Shown piece by piece: positions 9,701-17,387 of a stretch of 24,917 nucleotides of DNA; within the stretch, counting starts at the first letter, position 1, and each line of letters starts with the position of its first letter. The stretch comes from Promethearchaeota archaeon. GTDB lineage: Archaea; Asgardarchaeota; Lokiarchaeia; Sigyniarchaeales; SOKP01. The DNA is taken from the NCBI GenBank assembly GCA_048938025.1, contig JBHLMP010000051.1:1-24917 (forward strand). Reading direction: 5' to 3'. The notes under the pieces are model-generated. The model was not told the DNA's origin and ran no database searches. It saw only the letters and a list, made by a program, of their open reading frames with translations. The position numbers and the translations under genes were made by a program.

Positions 9701-10055
9701 AATCGGTAATATAATTTCGAACATTTTATTAAATGCTATTAAAAATACACCTCCTAAGGGTAGCATTTATATAGAGACTTTTGAACATCCACAGTATATT
9801 GATATTATTATTAAAGATGATGGTGTTGGACTAACAAAAAAAGAAATTCCTTTTCTATTTCAAAAATTTGGTAAAATTGAAAGATTTGGTAAAAATATGA
9901 ATATTGATATGGAAGGACCTGGTCTAGGTTTATACATTTCAAATGAAATTATTAAAAAGCATAATGGTGAAATTATAGTAAAATCTAAAGGAAGGAATAT
10001 GGGAAGTATATTTATTATACGACTAAATAGAAGTAAAAAAATTCAAAACTTCTAA
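6756..10055 (+). CDS. Cytoplasmic multi-PAS (6 PAS/PAC) sensor histidine kinase
   Basis: Repeated DIT..K....LKESEEK(Y/F)R linkers, H-box ISHELKTPL, N-box NAIKN, G1 DDGVG and G2 GPGLGL; no TM segment. Start codon uncertain. Confidence 0.95.
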   Translation: MKNREKEFKKSREKMGKNARSKLDQIFTISHYRGMMRAVPDRGADSEINGLVNNYTDITKHKKVIKVLRDNKLFLQYVFDGIQEGISILDKDLNIIETNYWIENMYESQIPLIGKKCYVIYQKRKSPCPWCPSLLTLKTDDVHSAIAPYPSIENPIRWLEIITYPFKNSDGLTIGVIEYIKDFTEHKHMQEKLQESENKLKKINSILEKKVEERNRKLKESEEKYRFLFENSPYAITLIDLSGKIIDCNPSLERLFNYNKNNLIGKNFKNLAIIPKDFSQTLSEAFDALIRGRTIESLELQHFPKDGNMIWTKSKASLVNLGDKKLIQVLTENITQMKDTQLKLKESEEKYRTLTEQSFIGIAIAQDNKVKYINDTITKISGYTVQELKKFTFEDIKNVIHPDDSDFVLDQFRKKQRGNVNIIKNYQYRLFKKNGNIIWIDSYSKPIIYEDKPADFITVIDITDRKKAEEALKESEEKFRRIAEHTFIGIDIIQDNKIVYCNQALSDIAGYSREEILHSSINDLIESIHQDYRESILDYINTYQQDAEKSFSEVEFPFYNKKAELKWVRANVNTINYLKRNAMLTTLIDITEKKQAELALKESEEKFRNIAEQSLMGIIILQDGVFKYFNDRISKMNAYSAEEMKDWAPNEFLKAIHPEDREFVMEQARKKQAGDLEVIHQYRYRTIRKNREIRWMEIFSKTITYEGRPADLAMIIDITDKVKAEKQLKESEEKFRNLINNISDVLMEGDIDGTITYISHKIYDLAGYLSEELIGFKFFEFIHPNDKVSYKKLISQFKKAGDKFTMELRMFHKKGYYVPISAKFSLEEINKKLKIFVVIRDITEKRKIDKMMKKEIEKLKEIDRIRNNLVRRISHELKTPLISIFSGSQYLLEKYKTQLNDNIQDIVKIIHKGGYRLKNLVDNLLFAYSIESNELILNLKRENLIPIIKNCINDLIFIANKRQVFINVELIKELYLEIDKFKIGNIISNILLNAIKNTPPKGSIYIETFEHPQYIDIIIKDDGVGLTKKEIPFLFQKFGKIERFGKNMNIDMEGPGLGLYISNEIIKKHNGEIIVKSKGRNMGSIFIIRLNRSKKIQNF

Positions 10056-10099
10056 TGAATTAAATATATATGTCGATTAGTTCTACATATTTTTTTAAA

Positions 10100-10963
10100 T
10101 TACAGATATTTAAATAATATATCAAATTCTTGAAAATCAAAAGGTTTTAAGAAATAACCATCAGCACCAGTCTCTTTTAATTTTTTCACAACTTCAACTT
10201 CTGGAACAGCAGTTATATAAAAAATAGGGATATCCTTAAATTTTTTATATTCTTCGTTAAATTTCAATCTTTTACAAATCTCGTAACCATCTACATCAGG
10301 TAAAAGAATATCTAATAATATTAATTTAGGAATGTGTTTATTTAAAAATTCAAGTGCGTTATTTCCCAATAAAGATTGTTTACATTTATAACCTTTACCT
10401 TCAAAAAAATTAAGTAATAAGTTGACTGTTGATTCATCATCATCTACAATTAATATCTCGTACTCCTTTTTATCAATAGGACGATGTTCTAGGATAGTTT
10501 TAATTTTATTTTCAAGTATTAAACTATTATCAATAATTTCTTTGATTTTTAATAAAGCTTCCCAGCTAAACTCATCTTTATGTTTATCAATTAATAATTG
10601 TGAAAATCCTTTTATTGAAGTAAGTGGTCTTTTTAATTCGTGAGAAATTTCAAATATATCCCTGGAATTAGCTATCTTTGATTTAAAGTGTATATAGAAA
10701 CTAACTGCTTCTCTGATTAGCTTAGAAATAGTACTAAAGTCATTTTCCTTAGCAAACTTTTCCCATTTAGTTTTAATATCTTCAGGAACCATAATCCCTA
10801 TCCCTTTTCTATCTAAATCATAAATCTTTTCCCCTCTTTGCCACTTTTTAAATCCCTCAGTTATCGATCCACGCCATATAGCTTTTTTTCCCGTTTCTTT
10901 TTCATATCTTATCATTTCCTTAGTTTTTTTCTGATCTTCTGTAATAAATATCACCAGAGACAA
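10100..10963 (-). CDS. Hybrid response regulator: RHH-like + HisKA dimerisation domain (no ATPase domain) + REC
   Basis: GIGIMVPEDIKTKWEKFAK....TISKLIREAVSFYI (ribbon-helix-helix pattern) and ISHELKRPLTSIKGF. The REC domain has ILIVDDD, LLDILLPDVDG, ITA and KPF. Confidence 0.85.
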   Translation of the reverse strand: MSLVIFITEDQKKTKEMIRYEKETGKKAIWRGSITEGFKKWQRGEKIYDLDRKGIGIMVPEDIKTKWEKFAKENDFSTISKLIREAVSFYIHFKSKIANSRDIFEISHELKRPLTSIKGFSQLLIDKHKDEFSWEALLKIKEIIDNSLILENKIKTILEHRPIDKKEYEILIVDDDESTVNLLLNFFEGKGYKCKQSLLGNNALEFLNKHIPKLILLDILLPDVDGYEICKRLKFNEEYKKFKDIPIFYITAVPEVEVVKKLKETGADGYFLKPFDFQEFDILFKYL

Positions 10964-11212
10964 TCTAATCTAAATAATTAATTATTATATTTATATAAAT
11001 TAGAAATAAATTCATTTATTAAGAAATTAATATTAAAAGAATGAAATAAAAAAGAGAATAGTATTTTTATCACCATTAAAATTAATAGACAATTTTTCTT
11101 CATTTAGAGAAATTATAGAATCTAAATATATAATTAGAAAAACTTTAATAACTTTTTATGAAATTCATAAAATTGAGAGTTTTAATTTTGTTGGATTTAA
11201 TATTGGATTTAT

Positions 11213-12793
11213 TTATGTTTCAAATAATTCTTTTATTTTAATCGAAGTTTTGTTCAATAAGTTTCTTCTTATAATTTCTATATCTTTTTCTGGTGTTTTA
11301 TATTTTTTCTTTAAAAAATTAACCTTATCTCCTAAATTATCAAAAACCCAAGAAATTTTTGTTCCTTTTCCAAATTCATTAAAATCCCTTTTTACACTGT
11401 CCAAGATTTTCTTAATCTCCTTCTTATCTATCTTTTGTGTAATTTCTGGGAGAATTGAATCTGATTTGGTGTAATGTGCTAAAAGTATAAAATTTCTCTC
11501 ATAATTCGTTATACTGATATTTTTAAGCATAAACTCTCCATTAGTAGAAGCCATTTTAAAATATTTTAATTCTTGTAAATTTAAGCTTTTAATAGTTCTT
11601 AATATATTTGTACATACTAATGAAAACATTGCACCTATTGCCATCTCATCTACTTTCTTTTTAGAATATTCTGAAATTAACATTCCCTTTCCATCTATTA
11701 GAAGACAAGATTGAAAATCTCCTTTATATGATAATTCTTCCAGCATATCATGTAAAATTGCCGCTCTCCCTCTTTTTTTCTCCTTTTTTTCGAAGGTGTC
11801 ACTTTTATCTTCTTCAATCTTAATTTGAGCTTCTTTTGCACTTAGGACATCTGTGCTTACTTCAGACTCTGATTTGCTTATTTCAAATTCTAACTTATTC
11901 TTTTCGAATTCTATTTTATTTCTTTCTAAGTCAAATTTACTTTTCTCCAAACTCTTCTGCAATTTCTCTAATTTCATTTCCCATTTCTCCAGATCTCTCT
12001 TTTTCTCCTCCATCTGCTTACTTAATTCCATAAATTGTTCTCTTGCTTCCTGCAATTTTTTCCCTCTGTTTGTAAATTCTTCTTTGCTTTCTTCTAATTG
12101 CTTAATGCGTTGCTTTAAATCTTCCTTGCTTTCTTCCATTAATTTATTTTTCTCTTTAAACTCATTTACTCTTTTTTCGTATTCTTTTCTCTTTTCTACT
12201 AGTTCAAGGTTTCTATCATCGTATTCTTCAATTGTTTTTTCTAATTTATTATATCTCTCATTGTAATCTCTAATTTTTTCTTCTAATTCTTTTAATTTAT
12301 TCTCATGAAATGATTCCAATTCTTTTAACAGGGTTAATTTATGTTTAAAGGAATTATAATCCTCTTTGTTTAGATTTTCTAAGATCTTTTCAGTTGTCTC
12401 TTTTAGTTCCTCAGTTTTTAATTCTTTAATTCTTTCTCTTGAATTAAGATCATTTATTTCTTCAATATTATTAGAAATTCTAGTGCTTAGGTGATCTATT
12501 TCTTCCTTTAAATGGTCACTGCTTGATTTAATGGTATTTTCAACAGTAATAGAAGATTGAGATTTTAACTCTTCATATTCATCACTGAATTTTGTTTCAG
12601 TAGCAGCATCTTCAGTTATTTCTGTAAAAACATCATTAAGAACGTTTTTTGCATCTGAGCTAAGGTCTTCTTCTTCATAAAATTTTTCTTTTTCTGTTAA
12701 CCTATATGAATTAGTAACTTTTTGAAGATATGTTTTATTATTCTTCTCATTATTTTCTTTATTACTATGATTTTTATCATTTGTCAATTTCAA
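11213..12793 (-). CDS. Long coiled-coil protein with C-terminal roadblock/LC7-like domain
   Basis: More than 200 aa of E/K-rich heptad pattern, followed by the roadblock pattern MLEEL...GDFQSCLLIDGKGMLISEY...VDEMAIGAMFS. Confidence 0.8.
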   Translation of the reverse strand: MKLTNDKNHSNKENNEKNNKTYLQKVTNSYRLTEKEKFYEEEDLSSDAKNVLNDVFTEITEDAATETKFSDEYEELKSQSSITVENTIKSSSDHLKEEIDHLSTRISNNIEEINDLNSRERIKELKTEELKETTEKILENLNKEDYNSFKHKLTLLKELESFHENKLKELEEKIRDYNERYNKLEKTIEEYDDRNLELVEKRKEYEKRVNEFKEKNKLMEESKEDLKQRIKQLEESKEEFTNRGKKLQEAREQFMELSKQMEEKKRDLEKWEMKLEKLQKSLEKSKFDLERNKIEFEKNKLEFEISKSESEVSTDVLSAKEAQIKIEEDKSDTFEKKEKKRGRAAILHDMLEELSYKGDFQSCLLIDGKGMLISEYSKKKVDEMAIGAMFSLVCTNILRTIKSLNLQELKYFKMASTNGEFMLKNISITNYERNFILLAHYTKSDSILPEITQKIDKKEIKKILDSVKRDFNEFGKGTKISWVFDNLGDKVNFLKKKYKTPEKDIEIIRRNLLNKTSIKIKELFET

Positions 12794-12830
12794 GCACTCT
12801 TTTTAATTTATTAATTATTTGAATTCAAAT

Positions 12831-13280
12831 TTATGTTAGAGAACCTAGACTGGTAAAAAGTTCTCTAGAAGTGTCTTCTTGAACTACATTTCTTATTTCT
12901 TTAATAATCTTGTTGGTTTCGAAATGAATTAATCCAATATTAATTCTTTTAGGAAAAATTAACTGTAAAAGTACATTAGAGAAGACTCTTGTGATTAAGA
13001 TTGTAAAATCTGCATCAATATTTTCGTTTAAGCCAGCATCAATTTTAATTTGTTCTAATATTTTATTTGCATTAATAATTTCTATTCCTCTTTCTGCCAT
13101 TGATAACATACTAGCAGAAATTGCCGCAAAATTGTAATTGACTTCCTCATCTTTATTGTCTTGTTCACTATTTACAGCAATAATTAAACCATCTTCTGTT
13201 ATTAAACTGGTACTACTTATATTTGTATTGGTAATAAGGTCATCTAATAGTTTTACTAACTTTTCTTTTATTTCTAACAA
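12831..13280 (-). CDS. Roadblock/LC7 (MglB-like) protein
   Basis: TSLITEDGLIIA...FAAISASMLSMAER...NIGLIHFE. Confidence 0.9.
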   Translation of the reverse strand: MLEIKEKLVKLLDDLITNTNISSTSLITEDGLIIAVNSEQDNKDEEVNYNFAAISASMLSMAERGIEIINANKILEQIKIDAGLNENIDADFTILITRVFSNVLLQLIFPKRINIGLIHFETNKIIKEIRNVVQEDTSRELFTSLGSLT

Positions 13281-13349
13281 AGTCTTCTCCCGTTATATTA
13301 TTCAATAATTCTTATAATTTTGTTAACTTTAATTCTCAACTGTGAAATT

Positions 13350-13361
13350 AAAAAAAAAAAA
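13350..13361 (-). terminator. Possible oligo-T terminator inside the left operon
   Basis: T12 on the minus strand about 27 nt after the stop of the 13388 roadblock gene; archaeal intrinsic terminators are oligo-T tracts. Confidence 0.3.
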
Positions 13362-13387
13362 TATAAATTTATTAATTATTTAATTAT

Positions 13388-13753
13388 TTATCCTAGAACC
13401 ATTTTTATTTTATCCAGAGTAGTATTTACTTCAAAATCAATTAAACCAACTTTTGCATCGGCAGGAGCTATGGCAATTAGTACTGCTTGAGCCAATTGGT
13501 GCAATACAATTAATTTACTATCCCCTGTAATGATAATTGATCCAGTTTTTCCTGATTTTAATGTATCGGCAACTCTGGCTCCAACTGATGTTAAAGCAGC
13601 TGTCATTGCTGCTACAGCTCTGTCGTCAACGTCTTTATGTAACGCACTTGCCATCATCTGCCCTTTTAACGATACTAGAGCACTATTAGATACTTCTGAA
13701 TTTTTTTCTAGGTCAAATAATATTTCCTTCACTTTTTCTTCTTTTGCACTCAT
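13388..13753 (-). CDS. Roadblock/LC7 (MglB-like) protein
   Basis: SALVSLKGQMMASAL..DVDDRAVAAMTAAL...AKVGLIDFE. Start moved to ATG 13753 (MSAKEEK; AGGAG upstream) because the longer start overlaps the 41-aa gene. Confidence 0.92.
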   Translation of the reverse strand: MSAKEEKVKEILFDLEKNSEVSNSALVSLKGQMMASALHKDVDDRAVAAMTAALTSVGARVADTLKSGKTGSIIITGDSKLIVLHQLAQAVLIAIAPADAKVGLIDFEVNTTLDKIKMVLG

Positions 13754-13770
13754 TTTTTCTTCTCCTGATT

Positions 13771-13896
13771 TTATTTTTGTTGATAATCTGGACATGTATC
13801 CTTCTCTTTTGCTGAAACGTAAATATTTTTTTTATTACACCAGACTAAACCTTCAGAATTTTCATCTCCAGCATGAATACAGTCTGATTTGGCCAT
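13771..13896 (-). CDS. 41-aa three-Cys microprotein (not in ORF track)
   Basis: MAKSDCIHAGDENSEGLVWCNKKNIYVSAKEKDTCPDYQQK*. It has an ATG with GGAGG upstream, fills the gap between two co-oriented genes, and shares 19/35 residues with the segment encoded at 17178-17282. Confidence 0.88.
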   Translation of the reverse strand: MAKSDCIHAGDENSEGLVWCNKKNIYVSAKEKDTCPDYQQK

Positions 13897-13901
13897 TTTT
13901 T

Positions 13902-14378
13902 TTATCCCTCCAGATTCAATGTAAAAATTGTTGTATTTTCTTTAGGTTTCCACTCTGCTTTCTCAATAGATCCCTTCTTTCCTGTTTTTGTTTCTATAGT
14001 ACCATATAAAAGAGCCATCATTGGACAAGGAGGTATCTTGTTCAAATCAGTACCTCTTATAACTTTTGTTACAGGAGCTAAAATGCATTCTCCAAGATCT
14101 ATAACAACTTTATTATCATTAGCCTCTATGATATTTGCTCTTTGACAAAAACCAACCTCTTTTATTTTTTGTGCAAAATCTTCTGTTATCGATTTAACAT
14201 CAGAGCCTTCTATCACCAATCCACAATCCTTTAGAAAGCCCTTGACACCGTCTTTATTAAATGAGTTCGAAAATTCATTCCAAATTAAAGGAATATTTAA
14301 GCCCATATTTAATAAAGATTCAACAGTTACACCAGTCATAGCATTTAAAAAATCAGATAACTGTTTATAATTAGCCAT
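13902..14378 (-). CDS. V4R/H-NOX/MetOD1-like ligand-binding fold protein
   Basis: Helical N-half, then GFCQ-beta-beta-(VVIDLGE)CILA...PPCPMMALLYGTIE...G-beta-beta-F, resembling V4R-family topology. Assigned by pattern only. Confidence 0.6.
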   Translation of the reverse strand: MANYKQLSDFLNAMTGVTVESLLNMGLNIPLIWNEFSNSFNKDGVKGFLKDCGLVIEGSDVKSITEDFAQKIKEVGFCQRANIIEANDNKVVIDLGECILAPVTKVIRGTDLNKIPPCPMMALLYGTIETKTGKKGSIEKAEWKPKENTTIFTLNLEG

Positions 14379-14707
14379 TATATATCATCCATATGCTTTA
14401 TCTTATTTTTTTATATTTTTTAACCATAAGGTTTTTTTTTTAAAAAATTACTTTTTTATTAGATTTTTATATAGAAAGATTATATAATAATTTATATTTA
14501 AATGTTTTTATAAGAAATTCTTTTTTATAAAAAAATTTCAATAATAATATTTAAACTAAAGATTTAAATATATAGGGAAGATATTATTATTAGTTGATAT
14601 CTATATGAAAAGAGATTAGAAAAATAAGATTATATATAAATATAATCTAAATTTTTAAAAAAATTTGTTAAATTTTCATTTATTAATATTTCATTAAAAA
14701 AATTGGG
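14379..14707. promoter_or_regulatory. Divergent promoter region of the two operon arms
   Basis: 329-bp, extremely AT-rich gap between oppositely oriented ATG starts, with several TTTATA/TATATA boxes; individual TATA boxes cannot be assigned. Confidence 0.55.
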
Positions 14708-15373
14708 ATGTGGAATTATAAATTGGATGGTATAAAGTTAAAAATTTTTATAGCAGGATTCTTTAATTCTGGAAAAAGTACTTTAGTGCATACACTTGAC
14801 GGGAAGGCAATTCATGTTGAAAAAGAATTACATAAAGCATATGACGAAGATAAAACGCATACTACTACAGGTTTTGATCTTGGGAGACTAATATGGGCAA
14901 GACCAAATTTAAATTATGAAACAGAGGGTGTATTAATGAGTGAAAGTGAATATTTAAGGGATAAAGATGAATATTCGGGGTGGTTTATAAAAGAACTTGA
15001 ATTGAAAGGATGTCCTGGGCAAATTCAATTTTCTGCTGTTCGAAAGATTTTAGCAAAAGGAAGCGATGGTGTAATCTTTTTAATAGATGGTTGTGATTTA
15101 GCGAATATTGGAAATGCATTAGTAATTTTAGAAGAAACTAAAGCTAATTTAGGAAAAACAATTCCCATGAGGATTATTGCTAATAAATCGGATAGGGATG
15201 ATTACCATGGCTGTGATATGATTTCAAATATGGTAGGTGAACGAGTATTCAAAGGATCTGCGAAATATAATATTGGATTAAAAGATGCTATTATACAAAT
15301 ACTAAAATTTGTATGTAATGGAACGAATGACAATAGCATAGGTGAAAAGGAGGTAGTTGTCCAAGATGGCTAG
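14708..15373 (+). CDS. MglA/CvnD-type small GTPase
   Basis: G1 GFFNSGKST, G2 TTTGFD, Asp-less G3 GCPGQ (compare GTPGQ in CvnD and TVPGQ in MglA), G4 NKSD, G5 SAK; directly followed by a roadblock gene. Confidence 0.9.
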   Translation: MWNYKLDGIKLKIFIAGFFNSGKSTLVHTLDGKAIHVEKELHKAYDEDKTHTTTGFDLGRLIWARPNLNYETEGVLMSESEYLRDKDEYSGWFIKELELKGCPGQIQFSAVRKILAKGSDGVIFLIDGCDLANIGNALVILEETKANLGKTIPMRIIANKSDRDDYHGCDMISNMVGERVFKGSAKYNIGLKDAIIQILKFVCNGTNDNSIGEKEVVVQDG

Positions 15374-15815
15374 TTTGAGGGAAAATGAAATCCAAAATAT
15401 TTTAAAATCATTTAGAGACAGGACAGGTATAGTTAGTTCCACCTTATTTACTGAAGATGGTTTTTTAATTACAGTAGATCACGTAAATTTCAACGAAGAT
15501 GAAAATTATCATCAATCTATTAGTGCATTAAGTGCTGGTATTGTTTCTTTAGCTGAAAACTGTGTTGAGATATTAAAGGAAAATAATAAAATAAAACAAG
15601 TTTCAATTCAAGCAGGGGATCAATTAGATAATGATGGATTTATAATTGTTCTTGAATCGGTCACGTATGATATAAGGCTTTCAGTTATATTTCCAATTTA
15701 TTTAAACTTAGGTATAATTCTATTTGAATTAAATCAAACAATTCAAAAATTATCAAAATATTTTTCCAATCATGAGCAAAATGAAAGTCTAGGTAATATA
15801 AGTTCATTTCAATGA
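15366..15815 (+). CDS. Roadblock/LC7 (MglB-like) protein
   Basis: STLFTEDGFLI...ISALSAGIVSLAE...NLGIILFE; a clear paralogue of 12831-13280. ATG 15366 overlaps the GTPase 3' end, with AGGAGG upstream; TTG 15357 is an alternative start. Confidence 0.9.
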   Translation: MASLRENEIQNILKSFRDRTGIVSSTLFTEDGFLITVDHVNFNEDENYHQSISALSAGIVSLAENCVEILKENNKIKQVSIQAGDQLDNDGFIIVLESVTYDIRLSVIFPIYLNLGIILFELNQTIQKLSKYFSNHEQNESLGNISSFQ

Positions 15816-15863
15816 TTTACCAAAAATTTAGAAGGCACAAGATTAAAAAACATTATTAATTGT

Positions 15864-17351
15864 ATGAAAAGAGGTTGCTTTTTGGAATTCATGGTATATA
15901 AAGAGGAAAAGAATGAAATAAAAAGTAATGAAGCTTTAATTGAAAATTTAAATCATAACGATCCAAGTATTAGAAGAAAGGCAGCTTTAGCTTTAGAAAA
16001 AAAAAGTTGCAATGAAGCTCTTATTCCCTTGTTAAATACTTGCTTTAAAGGATCTTCATATTTAATTCCAAAAATAATTGGTAAAATTGGAAAAGGGAAT
16101 ATCAAATTATTACTTGAGATCGCTTCTAATAATGATATTAAAATAAGAATTCGGCAATATGCTATAGAAGGATTAGGAAGAATCGGAGACAATAATATAT
16201 TAAAAGACTTATTTGAATTAATAAATGATAATAATATTTTTATTAGGAAAAGTGTTATATCAGCTCTTGCTTACATTGGAGATAATAATTCAGTAGAAAT
16301 TTTACTAAACCTATTGGAAAGAGAAGACGATTGGATTAAGAAAGATATTATATGGGCTCTTGGAATAATAGGTGAATATCGGTGTGTTGATAAATTAATT
16401 AAAATGTTATCAAAAAAGAATTTAAGGTTTCTAATTAAAAAAAATATTGTTGACGCATTAGGAAGAATAGGCGATAAAAGAGCTGTAGAGATTCTTGTGA
16501 ATGTATTAAAAGATCAATATTTTGGTTTAGAAGATTATGCTTTATCAGCTTTAGAAAATATTATCGAAAAAAATGAGTTATATCCGACAATTGAAAAAAA
16601 TTTAATTCCATTATGGCGTTTAAAGGAACAATATGAAAAAATCTTTGGCAATCTACCATTTCATTTGAGAAGACTCTTAAAAGATTATGAATTTAAAATA
16701 TATCGAAGAGAAGAATTACCCCCTAAATTTTTTGAAAATATCAAAGATCCAGGGGTTTGGCATTTTGGTTATTTAAATCACTCACATTATATATTAAATC
16801 TTACCGATAAAATTATTGGCTGTTTAAATTTAATATTTCTATTTAAATATAACAATACTTATCTTTTTTATTTTGACACACTAGAGATTCAACAGAATTA
16901 TAGGAAAATAGGATTAGGATCAAAATTTGTTGAATTCATGATTCAACATGAGTTAAAAAAATACGATAAATATATTGTTTTCTTATTAGTTGCGAAATGT
17001 ATTCCATATAAGTTAAAATTTTTTACTAAATTAGGATTTGTTCCTGTAAAACTCCGAAAAACTGGAATTGGAACTCATTGTATTATGAGCTATCCATTTG
17101 ATGAAAACTCTGGAAGAAAATGTCAAAAATTGTTTGAATTTTTTAACTGGAGGGAAGAAAAAAAAGAGTTTATTTCTTCGGATTGTAAATATGCATACAA
17201 TCCAAATCCAACAGGGCTTTACTGGTGTATCCGAAAAAATATTTATGTGTCTGGATTAGAAAAGCAAAGTTGTCAATATTATGTGAAGGGAAAGAAATTG
17301 TATTTTGAAGAAAAAGTTCTTGATTTGAGTAAAAGTCATGATAAATTTTAA
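15864..17351 (+). CDS. HEAT-repeat + GNAT acetyltransferase-like + C-terminal 3-Cys module protein
   Basis: PBS/HEAT repeats (ALG.IGD..AV..L), GNAT motif A LEIQQNYRKIGLGSKFV and KFFTKLGF, and C-terminal DCKY...GLYWC..KNIYVS..EK..C. The real start may be ATG 15891. Confidence 0.85.
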   Translation: MKRGCFLEFMVYKEEKNEIKSNEALIENLNHNDPSIRRKAALALEKKSCNEALIPLLNTCFKGSSYLIPKIIGKIGKGNIKLLLEIASNNDIKIRIRQYAIEGLGRIGDNNILKDLFELINDNNIFIRKSVISALAYIGDNNSVEILLNLLEREDDWIKKDIIWALGIIGEYRCVDKLIKMLSKKNLRFLIKKNIVDALGRIGDKRAVEILVNVLKDQYFGLEDYALSALENIIEKNELYPTIEKNLIPLWRLKEQYEKIFGNLPFHLRRLLKDYEFKIYRREELPPKFFENIKDPGVWHFGYLNHSHYILNLTDKIIGCLNLIFLFKYNNTYLFYFDTLEIQQNYRKIGLGSKFVEFMIQHELKKYDKYIVFLLVAKCIPYKLKFFTKLGFVPVKLRKTGIGTHCIMSYPFDENSGRKCQKLFEFFNWREEKKEFISSDCKYAYNPNPTGLYWCIRKNIYVSGLEKQSCQYYVKGKKLYFEEKVLDLSKSHDKF

Positions 17352-17387
17352 CATAATTAATAAAAAGCTAAAAGGAGTGTAGATAAT

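Noticed and set aside
13754-13795. N-terminal extension of the roadblock ORF given in the track
   Set aside because: Overlaps the microprotein gene; ATG 13753 has its own AGGAG.
13839-13888. Stem-loop (ACCAGACT...AGTCTGAT) that looked like an intergenic RNA or SECIS element
   Set aside because: The interval is better explained as the coding sequence of the 41-aa Cys microprotein, and the inner stem is weak.
14521-14534. Palindrome TTTTTTATAAAAAA in the divergent promoter
   Set aside because: A pure A/T palindrome in an extremely AT-rich region is not distinguishable from chance.
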